Assembly (NCBI GenBank): GCA_024275565.1
Contig: JAJRYY010000127.1
Location: 124-64,123, forward strand
Source: Planctomycetota bacterium
GTDB taxonomy: Bacteria; Planctomycetota; Phycisphaerae; UBA1845
Direction of reading: 5' to 3'
DNA: 64,000 bases
The first letter of the stretch is position 1. Each line of letters opens with the position of its first letter. Positions 18,960 to 27,966 of this stretch are shown piece after piece. The notes below the pieces were generated by a model that was given only the letters and a program-made list of their open reading frames with translations, was not told the DNA's origin and did not search any database. The position numbers were made by a program, and so were the translations under genes.

Positions 18960-20143
18960 GAAACACACCCCTCCTTTTGTTCAGCGATGATCGTCTCATA
19001 AAACCTCGTATACCGCTCCACCATCAACCGAACATCATGCTCCGACCCAGCCCGATTCGCTGCCAACCGCCTGAAGGAATTCCGAAAATCCGCATCAGAC
19101 GTCATCTTTTCGATCCTGTCTGTAATCGCCGCAACATCACCCTCAGGTACCACAAGCCCACACGGACCGTCACAAACCAGTGATGCATTATCACCCACGT
19201 CAGTGACAACGCACGGCACCCCACACGCCATCGCTTCAAGCAACGCCCGACTCATCTGTTCGTAGCGACTGCACAGCAGAAAACCATCCGCAGCATGCAA
19301 CACTGGCACAACGTCGTCACGCCTGCCCAGGAAGTCCACACGCACAGAGTCCGATAGTGTCGCAGCCTCGCACTCAAGCGACTCTCGCAGAGGCCCATCA
19401 CCAGCCAGCAGCAATCGGACCTTGCCCTCCCTCGGGCTGACCTGACGCATCGCCGCCAGTGCAAGCCGGTGATTCTTCACGTCAACCAGCGATCCGACCA
19501 TCACCCAGGCTGTCTCGTTCGGATCCAGACCGAGCGATCGCCGTGCAATCTCCCGGTCCTCCGATGTTGGCGGATGAAACCGCGACATGTCCACGCCATT
19601 GGGAAGAATCGAAATGTGCTCTTCCGGTATGTCGAATGCGTCAACCAGTTCCAGAAAACCAGCCTCCGACACGGTTGTAAATCGACGATTGCGCAATCCC
19701 AGCCATCGAGCACGCCGACCCATCTTCGCAAGCAACGCCCCCTCGCGCTCCAGCCCGTGAAACCCCAGAACACACCGCACGCCCGGAACAAATGCAGACG
19801 CAAGCAACGCATCCGTCCATGTGTTCAAATTCCGCGCATGCACCACGTCAGGTCTCAACCTCCGCAGCAACGAGACCAGTCGCATCCACGCAAAACGACT
19901 GGATCCGACGACATCCAGGCACGACAGAGAGACCTCGCCCGGAACACGCGACGCCAGTCGACCGGCAGACCGCATCGTGCAAATCGCCTGCCGCACGCGT
20001 GATGAATCACCACGGTGCACAAGCTCCAGAACGCCATGCTCCATACCGCCACATTCAAGCGAATGCACCACGTGCAATACCACCGGACGGCGTATACGTT
20101 CCTTCAAGTTCAGGTCGGCAATCATCGAAACTTTCCACCACAA
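18938..20143 (-). CDS. Glycosyltransferase family 4 (GT-B)
   Basis: HSLECGGME N-terminal motif and EQMSRALLEAMACGVPCVVTDVGDN. The start is uncertain because the 5' end overlaps the upstream ORF by 71-89 nt. Confidence 0.85.
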   Translation of the reverse strand: MWWKVSMIADLNLKERIRRPVVLHVVHSLECGGMEHGVLELVHRGDSSRVRQAICTMRSAGRLASRVPGEVSLSCLDVVGSSRFAWMRLVSLLRRLRPDVVHARNLNTWTDALLASAFVPGVRCVLGFHGLEREGALLAKMGRRARWLGLRNRRFTTVSEAGFLELVDAFDIPEEHISILPNGVDMSRFHPPTSEDREIARRSLGLDPNETAWVMVGSLVDVKNHRLALAAMRQVSPREGKVRLLLAGDGPLRESLECEAATLSDSVRVDFLGRRDDVVPVLHAADGFLLCSRYEQMSRALLEAMACGVPCVVTDVGDNASLVCDGPCGLVVPEGDVAAITDRIEKMTSDADFRNSFRRLAANRAGSEHDVRLMVERYTRFYETIIAEQKEGCVSCAASLA

Positions 20144-21431
20144 ACGAGTTCGCCATCGCCATCTCGCCCAGGATCACGCGTTTCAGGCAGCCAGGGAACG
20201 CCAGAATCCACCAGAACGCCTCCGTATACAAACGCTCCGTAAACATTTGTGTCGTAATCGAGACCGTCAACGACAAGATCAATCCATACGACATATATTG
20301 AACCCATTTCGGGTCGGAAGTCTTCATCGCCCACCGCTTGCACTGCCACGATTGAACCATGGCTCCGATGACGATAATCAAAAAGAGTACAAGCCCCTGA
20401 ATACCAAGCTCAGCCCAGCATAGAATGAACGAGTTGTGAGCAGCCCGAGATCCAAGGGTCGGGTTCACTCTGGCGATCGTAGGCTCGAAATTCCCAATCC
20501 CGACCCCAAGTGGGTGTTCACGGATAATTTCGAACGCAGACTTCCATATCTCTATCCGAATTGTGGCCGACTGATCCGTCGACACAATATTCGGACTGTT
20601 CAACGTCATCATCCGGTCCCAATAATGACTGTCTGTCAACGTGTACGCACAACTGAGAGCAATCACCAGCGTCGCAACGGTTTTCATCCGATGCCTCTTG
20701 GGAGCGAGCAGAATCGCAACAATCCCGCCCACAAACAATCCAATGAACGCAGATCGAGTGCGACACAGAACAATCGTATTCACCGTCAATGCTCCAGCAG
20801 TACCAACCACCAGACGCGCCATCCAGGATTTACACGTCATGAACACCGCAGCAAGAAGCGGAAGCATCGCAGCCATATGTGCCGCCAGACCCGATGAATG
20901 ACGGAAATCAGGACCACCCACATGCTCCAGGCGACCACTCGTCTCAAACGATCCACGCGGTGCAGTCCACGCGTCATATCCGATATACAGACTCCCAAGA
21001 ACAAGCGCCCACATGATGATCGTGTAGTTCTTCCGAGTCGCAGTCAGACGCGTCAGGCAAAAAACAAAAATCATCATCTTGACAAATTTCTCTGTCAGAT
21101 AAATCCCAAGCGGTGATGGGGTCAGACCCGTCAACTCACTCAGCAGCACGACAATCGTCAACCCAATCATGCTGACGTCAGTCAGGTTCAACATCGGACG
21201 AAGTGAAGGCAACCGGGGCAAATTCACCAGCATCCCAAGCATCATGCACGAAGCCGCCGTCATGGAATAACGAATACCAAGCTGCTCAATGGAACGATGC
21301 CACCATGCATGCTCCGGGAACACCAGATAAATCATGATGTAGTGCGCAGCACCCATAATCGGCACCATCAGCGATAACGTCGACATACCAAAAAACGACA
21401 TCAGGAACGCGACACTACGAAGCGGCAGCAT
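20055..21431 (-). CDS. O-antigen ligase/polymerase-like (Wzy_C-type) membrane protein
   Basis: About 10-12 TM helices with a large periplasmic loop. Typical family architecture inside a GT4 cluster. Confidence 0.65.
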   Translation of the reverse strand: MLPLRSVAFLMSFFGMSTLSLMVPIMGAAHYIMIYLVFPEHAWWHRSIEQLGIRYSMTAASCMMLGMLVNLPRLPSLRPMLNLTDVSMIGLTIVVLLSELTGLTPSPLGIYLTEKFVKMMIFVFCLTRLTATRKNYTIIMWALVLGSLYIGYDAWTAPRGSFETSGRLEHVGGPDFRHSSGLAAHMAAMLPLLAAVFMTCKSWMARLVVGTAGALTVNTIVLCRTRSAFIGLFVGGIVAILLAPKRHRMKTVATLVIALSCAYTLTDSHYWDRMMTLNSPNIVSTDQSATIRIEIWKSAFEIIREHPLGVGIGNFEPTIARVNPTLGSRAAHNSFILCWAELGIQGLVLFLIIVIGAMVQSWQCKRWAMKTSDPKWVQYMSYGLILSLTVSITTQMFTERLYTEAFWWILAFPGCLKRVILGEMAMANSFVVESFDDCRPELEGTYTPSGGIARGAFA

Positions 21432-22722
21432 GATCCATCACCTCGCAAGGGTCTATTCGGATAGGTTCATTCGATACACCATTGTGGTATGCACGCCCGG
21501 ATGTGTCCCGCACAAGTCCATCACGCAACCGACGCGATAGTGACGGCATCCAGTCGGCGCTCCGATGTTTCAACGCCGTCTCACGAGCAGCCTCAGACAT
21601 CGACAACCGGGTCGCCCGATCCCGAAGACGCTCAATCGCAACGCGGATGCTCGCAGGGTCGTGTTCCGTGACGCTGATCCCACAACCATGCTCTCGGATA
21701 AACCGATCCACGAAGGAACCACGCGGAACGATCGCCAGAACAGGACGCCCAACCGCCAGATACTCCATCAACTTCGAGGGAAAACAACCTTGAACCTCCA
21801 CCGGGCAGGGAGAGTTCCGACCCAAGAGCAGAACCAGCACGTCAGCATCATGAAGCGCCGAAACAGATGCATCATGAGATAACCAGCGAGCACCAACATC
21901 ACGCATCAAACCATCACACCCATCCGGATTGCTGTGATACGAAACGTCTACGCAGTCCATATCCCGGGTCGCAGACACAAACGCACGAACCGCATCAATG
22001 TGCGGCTCATATACAAGACCGCTGTATAGCAACTTCAACGTGTCACCACATGCGGGCGGCGGCGTAGGATGAACATCTTCCGGAACACAATGCGGCAGCG
22101 CCCAGACTTGCGACAATCCACGACGCCGGTAGTGATCCGCAAATTCCTCCGTTGGCACCACGATCATCCACGCATCTTCCAGCACGCGGCCATCAACCCA
22201 CCGCCAGAACGCACGCCGAAACGGATTCCGAAACGCAATCCCCTCAGCCAGCAAATCATGCATATACAACACCAGTGGCAGACGAAGTCGCTTTGACAGT
22301 CGCCACCCAGCCAGTAACCCAAACCGATGCGGATACACCACCATCAACCGATCAGGCTGCCAAGACCGACAAACATCCTCAGCAGCCAGCGACATCGCAC
22401 CCATCGCACGCCAGACTGCGGGCATCATACGCCACGAAATCGGAGCAGCGTCCGGAAGACACCACGGCACCCGAACAGAGGGCACGACACATTCAAGCGC
22501 GTCAGACCCATCCCGACCGATCGAACTTCCACCGCTTCCCGAACTTTCACAGCTTCCTGCATCCAATGGTGAGCGTGTCACCACACGGAACCGACCAGGC
22601 CGGGCAGACCGAAACAGTGTCCCCAGAACGCGCGCAGACGCCCGCTGTGCAGGCGGCCAATGCCAAGACAGAATCAGCGTTTTGATCTCGTCAGTCTTCT
22701 GCATCCATACCTTTCGGAGCAA
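21415..22722 (-). CDS. Putative GT-B glycosyltransferase
   Basis: Two-Rossmann-like layout (LILSWHWPP..., ...FPSKLMEYLAVGRPVLAIV). Alternative start at 22704. Confidence 0.55.
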   Translation of the reverse strand: MLRKVWMQKTDEIKTLILSWHWPPAQRASARVLGTLFRSARPGRFRVVTRSPLDAGSCESSGSGGSSIGRDGSDALECVVPSVRVPWCLPDAAPISWRMMPAVWRAMGAMSLAAEDVCRSWQPDRLMVVYPHRFGLLAGWRLSKRLRLPLVLYMHDLLAEGIAFRNPFRRAFWRWVDGRVLEDAWMIVVPTEEFADHYRRRGLSQVWALPHCVPEDVHPTPPPACGDTLKLLYSGLVYEPHIDAVRAFVSATRDMDCVDVSYHSNPDGCDGLMRDVGARWLSHDASVSALHDADVLVLLLGRNSPCPVEVQGCFPSKLMEYLAVGRPVLAIVPRGSFVDRFIREHGCGISVTEHDPASIRVAIERLRDRATRLSMSEAARETALKHRSADWMPSLSRRLRDGLVRDTSGRAYHNGVSNEPIRIDPCEVMDHAAAS

Positions 22723-22930
22723 CGTCCGCTAATGCAGGCGAACCTCGTCTAAGCGCGCCAATTGTGACGACGCACGCGTTATTATCGGCGGATTGAACCG
22801 CAGGATGGAGGAAGGAATGTGCGGATTGAACGCATGGATATCCACACGAACCAGATATCATGTAGGGTCCGCTGTGCGGATCATGACGCTGCCAGAACCC
22901 TGTTCGTCCCGCAGGGCAGGCGATTGTCGC

Positions 22931-23029
22931 GGTAGGGCAGGCTGTTGCTGCCGCAAGCACTGGAGGCGAGGCGCCATCCCACATTCACAGCGAGCGCCTC
23001 AACCTCACCGCTTGCGCAAAAACAGCAGC
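22931..23029. repeat. Left copy of ~100-bp direct repeat flanking the 23.25-24.97 kb cassette
   Basis: Aligns by eye at roughly 75-80 % to 25055..25154. On the minus strand it contains ctgctgtttttgcgcaagcggtga = LLFLRKR-stop, matching the last 7 codons plus stop of the methyltransferase ending at 25130. Confidence 0.85.
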
Positions 23030-23252
23030 CTCCCCGGTCATTCAACCGGGTAGGTTGGACCATGACCAGGCATCTGCAGAGGTGGGGTGTGCGAAAGTGT
23101 CACCCCATGCGCCCCAGTTGCAACTCACACTGTATTTTTCCCTTGACGCCGCGTATCTTTGGGGAATATGCTCCATATCGGGCAAAAAAGGATGTGCCTG
23201 CGCGGGTATACTTCGCCCCAGCGGGAAAATGAGGAAAACAGGAGGTTTTCTG

Positions 23253-24453
23253 ATGAAGGCAAGTCGTCTGATGAAGAGGATGCATCATGTCACCGTCGTC
23301 GTGCTGGTCCACACCCTTGGTCTCGGGCCCATCGCTTTTGCGGGGGGGGGGGGTGGAACCGAACGTCGATACGTTTGAACCGTTCACGATACTCGAGATT
23401 ATGAGCGGCCTGCGTCACGGGGTCGTAGGGCGGTTCCCGGACATACCACCGTCCGAGGCGATCGGGTCCGGTACTTGGGATTGGGAGGAGGACGCGCTTT
23501 TCACAATCGACTATGGCGACGGTGAAATGCGTATTTTCCACGCCACGAATTTGTCTTTTCACTCCTCGGAAGCAAGTGTCGCCTCACTTCTCGACTCGGC
23601 AAACCTCATCATGGATGGTGACACGATCGTGGGGCTGAACATAGAGGCGTGGTATGAGAGCATCTCTACGGATTCGTTGTATGTGCGTTATGAATCAGTT
23701 CCCATGGTTTCATACGATGAGGCACCGAGGCCCGATCCATCCTTCACAAACACAAAAGCTGTTTGGTTCCAAGCACCAAGCGGCATTTGGGTGGCAGGCA
23801 AAAAAATGCGTATGACGATGCACTTCGACCTTGATTATGGTCAAGATGTGGACGTGATATTCACAAGGCTTGTTCCAAACTACTACCTCCAGACCGAGCG
23901 GGACGCCGAAGTCGTTGCACGCATGGTATTGGGAGATTTTGAATATTGTGCGGAGGGACAGGGCAATCAGAAATTTCTCACCGGTTGCACACCCTTTACA
24001 GGTTCCCCGCAAGATGAAGTCCCATCGTCGTTAAACAATGATCCCCCGCGCGACCTCAGTGATTTCGGTACCGACAGCGGCAGCAATGTAGATTGCGGAA
24101 ACGTATTGAGTTTCAAGCGTATTTCGGCAGATCGCGCATTGGATGCTGCACTGGGAAGTTGTAACTTAGTCTGGGGGATGGGAGGCTGGGGCCTAGCTGC
24201 AGGTGTTGCGGCAGTGTGTTGTGGCGGAGCATTCGCAGGGTGCGGTGGACCACCTCAAGGTATTGTGTGTTGCGCCATTGGAGCCTTTGTTTGTGGAGTT
24301 GGTGGACGTGTTTTTGCAGATTTTGAACACGAGATATGTGACCAGATAGCTTGGGACATTGCCATGTCTTCCTATGCCGGACACTTTGCGGATTACCTTA
24401 GCTATTGTGTGGATAACAATGAAACATGTACCGTCATTCCGATTGATTGGTGA
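23253..24453 (+). pseudogene. Secreted protein with C-terminal Gly/Cys-rich hydrophobic zipper; reading frame broken at a G12 tract (phase-variable gene, pseudogene or assembly error)
   Basis: GGAGG lies 7 nt before ATG 23253, which encodes a Sec-type signal peptide MKASRLMKRMHHVTVVVLVHTLGLGPIAFA. That frame stops at 23378. The 388-aa body (23287..24453) is in the +1 frame. G11 or G14 instead of G12 would fuse the two frames. Confidence 0.7.
23342..23353. repeat. Homopolymeric G12 tract
   Basis: Counted directly: c + 12 g + t. It lies exactly at the signal-peptide/mature-protein junction. Confidence 0.95.
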
Positions 24454-24971
24454 TGGATCCCAAGTTTCGTAACTTCCCACCGGGTGTTGCTCGCCGGCTT
24501 ATCTTGGTCCCGTTTGTGCCATTTGTTATCGCGTGCCTTGTACCAGTCGTTGCTGACGCGAAAAGGTTTGGTTTATCAGACATGATTCCTTTGATGAGTA
24601 GTCTAAGTTGGTTCGTACGAGTTTGGCCTTCGGCGGTTTACCTCCTCGTGGTGTTTAGTCCATTATTGGCTGCGCCCCTGTATTTTTGGCTCTGGCAGAA
24701 GAAGATTTTGAAGCGAGCACTTGCGGAGGATCTTTGCTGGGGGTGTCTGTATTGCCTGAAAGGATGCCCAGACGAGGATAGCCTCTGCCCGGAGTGTGGC
24801 CTGCCGTGCTCGGGCAGTCGGAAGCGATGGGCGCTTTTTCGAGTGAATTTTCTGTTCCCATACAACGGTTACGCCTTACAGCAACGAGCCACCAGAAAAT
24901 CGGAGAGGAAGGCCGAGAAAGCTGCTCAAAAAGTGGAAGACGCCGCTCTGAAAGTGGAAAGTAGTCCGTAA
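24453..24971 (+). CDS. Small membrane protein with C-terminal Cys4 zinc-ribbon-like motif
   Basis: ATG overlaps the upstream TGA (TGATG at 24451..24455). Two or three TM helices, then CWGCLYCLKGCPDEDSLCPECG and a basic tail. Confidence 0.7.
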   Translation: MDPKFRNFPPGVARRLILVPFVPFVIACLVPVVADAKRFGLSDMIPLMSSLSWFVRVWPSAVYLLVVFSPLLAAPLYFWLWQKKILKRALAEDLCWGCLYCLKGCPDEDSLCPECGLPCSGSRKRWALFRVNFLFPYNGYALQQRATRKSERKAEKAAQKVEDAALKVESSP

Positions 24972-24988
24972 ACATTCAATGTCACAGT

Positions 24989-25033
24989 GCGAGGGGGGTG
25001 CCGACGCCGTGCGCCCCCTCGCCTCTTTCTTTA
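24989..25033 (+). terminator. Intrinsic terminator-like hairpin after the cassette
   Basis: 9-bp GC stem gcgaggggg/ccccctcgc (24989-24997 / 25014-25022) followed by the T-rich ctctttcttta. Confidence 0.6.
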
Positions 25034-25054
25034 TATCATTACCTCACATGTCGC

Positions 25055-25154
25055 TGCAGGGTAGGCTATCGCCTGCCGCGAGTGACTGGAGGCGAAACAC
25101 TATCCCATTCACAGCGATCGCCTCGATCCTCATCGCTTACGCAAAAACAGCAGC
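25055..25154. repeat. Right copy of ~100-bp direct repeat flanking the cassette
   Basis: See the left copy. It overlaps the 3' end (last 7 codons plus stop) and downstream region of the methyltransferase gene 25130..26635. Confidence 0.85.
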
Positions 25155-26635
25155 ATCCGCGACGACTCAGGAATCGCGACGGTCTCAAGCAACTCAAACC
25201 GCCCCAGGAAGGCGTCGCGACAACAATCAAGCGTCAGCGGCTCAAACGCATCCTCCCGATAGCGAATCAAACGCTGGTACATCGGGTCGTCCGCCCCCAC
25301 GAACTCAAGCACGAGCAACGATTTCGTAAGATCGGAAAACAGATCGCAAATCCCACCCAGCGGGACACCACCGCGAATATACAGGTGGTGAATAAGCGCC
25401 AGCGCAAAAACGCAGTCAGCCTGGATCCGCCCAAGAAACCCAGGCCTCTCCAGGTTCCGAAAACCGATCCCAGGACTCGGATTCGCAAGGTCAACACACA
25501 TCGGTAGAACGCTATGTCTTGAACCACCAGCGATCCGTCCTCCATCGCGAACGTCGCGATAGAGGCGATCAACGCACGCAACATCGCCATCCACCGCGAT
25601 CACATCACAACCATGCTCAGAAGCCAACCTCGAATATACCCCCGTATTGCACCCCACATCGAGCACCGTTCGCGGGGTGTGTTTGCGCAAAAATTGAGTG
25701 ATCGCGGCGATCTTGACCGAGTCACCAAGGTCGGAATAACTGCACGCGTCCGTGTAGTCGGTCCAGTGGCTCTCAGGATTATAACGCCCGGCTAGACGCT
25801 CGAGCTTCCCGCTCAACCGACGCAGATTGAGGACTTGCGCACCGGAACCAGAATCCCGACGACCCGTCGTCAGCAGATTATCCGACTGCGATTCCCGGCG
25901 ACTAAGCCAATACGGCAGCGAAACATCAAGCCACAACCCCGGACGCAGCAGCTCAAACCGCCCAAACGCCTGCCGTGTCTCCCGAACATCGCACCCATCA
26001 AGATGCGCCAAAAAATACGACCGCAGACTCCGACCCTTCTGCGTGCAAAGGATCAGCGGCGTCACAAACATACGCTGAAACTGACCCAGGGCGATCCAGA
26101 CATCCAGTCGCTTCGGACGCTCGATGGAGGCGATATCGATGAATACGGGCTTATTCCCTACAAACTGCACGTTGTACGCCGTCGCATCCTTGAGCGACAA
26201 CCCCAGATCGAGCAACCGAAGTTGAAGCGCCACGGTCAACTTCCCCGCATCAGCCAGCATCGACGGCGTCCATTCGTAAGGATATGTAATCGTCCCGATC
26301 CGCTCGTGCTCCAGAAATCCCGCATACCCCGGAGCAGCAGCCTCCAACCGCCCAAGCATCTCAGGATCTGAGACGGTCCCGGAATCTCCGACGATCGTGG
26401 TCCGGACAATCAGCCCATTGTCAGCCAGTTTTTGAAGCACCCCTTCATTTTCCAGCCCAGCCACAATATCCAGACATTCCCGATCCACCGCCCGAAAAAC
26501 ACGCCCCTCACAAGTAAATACAAATCCGCTCGGATCGCGAAACGAACCGGGAATCCGCTGGATCGTCTCAGCCACGCGTGCTGGATTCGCGGTGATGCGA
26601 CTGGTCTTCGAGATGATGGTATTGATCGTTGTCAT
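25130..26635 (-). CDS. Class I SAM-dependent methyltransferase with large N-terminal domain
   Basis: VLDVGCNTGVYSRL motif I and ALALIHHL. N-terminal FRDPSGFVF motif. ATG 26635 is chosen because it follows the stop of the small upstream ORF; the ORF is open to 26752. Confidence 0.8.
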   Translation of the reverse strand: MTTINTIISKTSRITANPARVAETIQRIPGSFRDPSGFVFTCEGRVFRAVDRECLDIVAGLENEGVLQKLADNGLIVRTTIVGDSGTVSDPEMLGRLEAAAPGYAGFLEHERIGTITYPYEWTPSMLADAGKLTVALQLRLLDLGLSLKDATAYNVQFVGNKPVFIDIASIERPKRLDVWIALGQFQRMFVTPLILCTQKGRSLRSYFLAHLDGCDVRETRQAFGRFELLRPGLWLDVSLPYWLSRRESQSDNLLTTGRRDSGSGAQVLNLRRLSGKLERLAGRYNPESHWTDYTDACSYSDLGDSVKIAAITQFLRKHTPRTVLDVGCNTGVYSRLASEHGCDVIAVDGDVACVDRLYRDVRDGGRIAGGSRHSVLPMCVDLANPSPGIGFRNLERPGFLGRIQADCVFALALIHHLYIRGGVPLGGICDLFSDLTKSLLVLEFVGADDPMYQRLIRYREDAFEPLTLDCCRDAFLGRFELLETVAIPESSRMLLFLRKR

Positions 26636-26645
26636 GGTTTGTGGA

Positions 26646-26873
26646 TCAGTCAGCCTTGGCGTCCTGGGGTGTTTTCCCAGTACGCGATCGAAACAGTCCG
26701 GTGAATTTGTAGTAATTCTGCACGATGCTCTGGCGCAAAAACAGCCCGGCACCGACGACGGCTCCGATCATCAACTGAAGCAGGATGCTGCCAGATCCAG
26801 GATCGATGTAAGCGAATAAAGCGTGGCTTCTCGTAAGTAAAGAGTCACTGCAAGCCAAAAGCATGAGGTCCAT
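26646..26873 (-). CDS. Small membrane peptide (YIDPGSGS...LQ motif)
   Basis: One TM helix (ILLQLMIGAVVGAGLF). Its stop is 8 nt before the methyltransferase ATG. Start codon uncertain. Confidence 0.45.
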   Translation of the reverse strand: MDLMLLACSDSLLTRSHALFAYIDPGSGSILLQLMIGAVVGAGLFLRQSIVQNYYKFTGLFRSRTGKTPQDAKAD

Positions 26874-26943
26874 CTGCGATTCTCCATATATCGAATCTCA
26901 GGATTGAGACCGATAAGGGGATATCGCAATTTCAGGGGTGCAT

Positions 26944-27819
26944 CTAAACCGGAAAATACAATCCCGGGCGATCATCCTCTGTCGCCCTGCAGCGATACAA
27001 CTTCACACGATTTCCGAGCAGTTCGGACCAGTCAGCCAGGATTTCCTCTGCTGACATGTCGCCAGCCGCGACCATGGCCTGGATATTCACGCAGCATCCG
27101 ATATGGCCGGAGAACAGGCTGTCGACGAGATCCCGAACCTCCACCGGCGATAACAAAACGCCCGCAGAGGGCGCTTCGATCGCGAGCGTCATCCCAAAAC
27201 GTTCAGTCACACTGCGAAACAATTCCAGAATGATCCGCGACCCGTTCAACGCATCGCCATAGGAAAACCGACGTCCACCTGAGGGCTGACGGCCGACCGC
27301 TGGTGTGTGAACGGCCGATGGTTTCCGGACCTCCGAAGGCATCTGAGCGGCTGAATTCAGCTGAACCTCCGATGGCGTCTGGACGTCCGATAATAATCGG
27401 TGTGGGGCGGGTGGTTGAATCACCAGCGTACACCCCTCCAGCTCCCCCATTGACCGGAGTGTATCCATCACCGGAGATACCAGGTCTGGCAGGTCTTCCG
27501 GTCTACCCAGTCCGAACCGTGCATCGAACCCGCCGAGGGTGATGCACGATATCCTCAAGCCTCGACCATGGGCAGTTTCGGATATCCGTCTGGCCTGATC
27601 GCTGAGGTCACTGCCTGTGATATCATTGTGAACATTGATGCAAAGGTTGATGCCGTCGATACTTTCGCGCGAAAGCATCGAAATCGCCTCGCTGGAAGCG
27701 GCGGACCAGTCAATATCCACAACTGTTATCTTATCGTTCAAACGTTTGTCTCCATCTGTTCGCACAACTATACTCGCGCATGCGGCGAAATGCGTCCACC
27801 CTATATAGATGTCATGCAC
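26944..27819 (-). CDS. Possible xylose-isomerase-like TIM-barrel protein with a repeat-containing insertion
   Basis: Weak family resemblance (...LAIEAPS..., HIGCCVNIQAM). Internal PSEV-type repeat at about 27300-27375. Confidence 0.4.
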   Translation of the reverse strand: MHDIYIGWTHFAACASIVVRTDGDKRLNDKITVVDIDWSAASSEAISMLSRESIDGINLCINVHNDITGSDLSDQARRISETAHGRGLRISCITLGGFDARFGLGRPEDLPDLVSPVMDTLRSMGELEGCTLVIQPPAPHRLLSDVQTPSEVQLNSAAQMPSEVRKPSAVHTPAVGRQPSGGRRFSYGDALNGSRIILELFRSVTERFGMTLAIEAPSAGVLLSPVEVRDLVDSLFSGHIGCCVNIQAMVAAGDMSAEEILADWSELLGNRVKLYRCRATEDDRPGLYFPV

Positions 27820-27966
27820 CGGAATGGCCCGCTCAGCGGACCCTGCGGTGTTGCCACATGTATTGCGTCGGGTGACACCCGTCCTGCAGGTCGCGCAGAC
27901 GAGATGGCGTCATTGCTACAGGTCACGCAGACGAGAAGGCGCGACGAACGAGGAAAGTGCAAACCC

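Noticed and set aside
20055-20143. 71-89-nt overlap between the O-antigen-ligase-like ORF and the downstream GT4 ORF, as a possible programmed frameshift or fusion.
   Set aside because: No slippery sequence is visible. The overlap is most simply explained by an uncertain GT4 start or a non-conserved ligase C-terminal tail.
22963-23000. Apparent compensatory base change (GAGGCGC/GCGCCTC versus GAGGCGA/TCGCCTC) supporting a conserved hairpin in the two flanking repeats.
   Set aside because: In the left copy the 5' arm can be drawn in two registers (gaggcgaggcgc). With the homologous register it is a 6-bp stem plus a mismatch, so the covariation argument is not clean. I report only that both copies can form a GC stem.
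27568-27966. Upstream extension of the MutL ORF (start at 27568) and, likewise, of the Cys-rich protein ORF (31348..31602).
   Set aside because: The canonical MutL N-terminus (MASIQQLPD..IAAGEVIERP) starts at 27967, and the extension overlaps the divergent gene 26944..27819. For 31348, the extension lacks a signal peptide, whereas ATG 31603 gives a textbook one.
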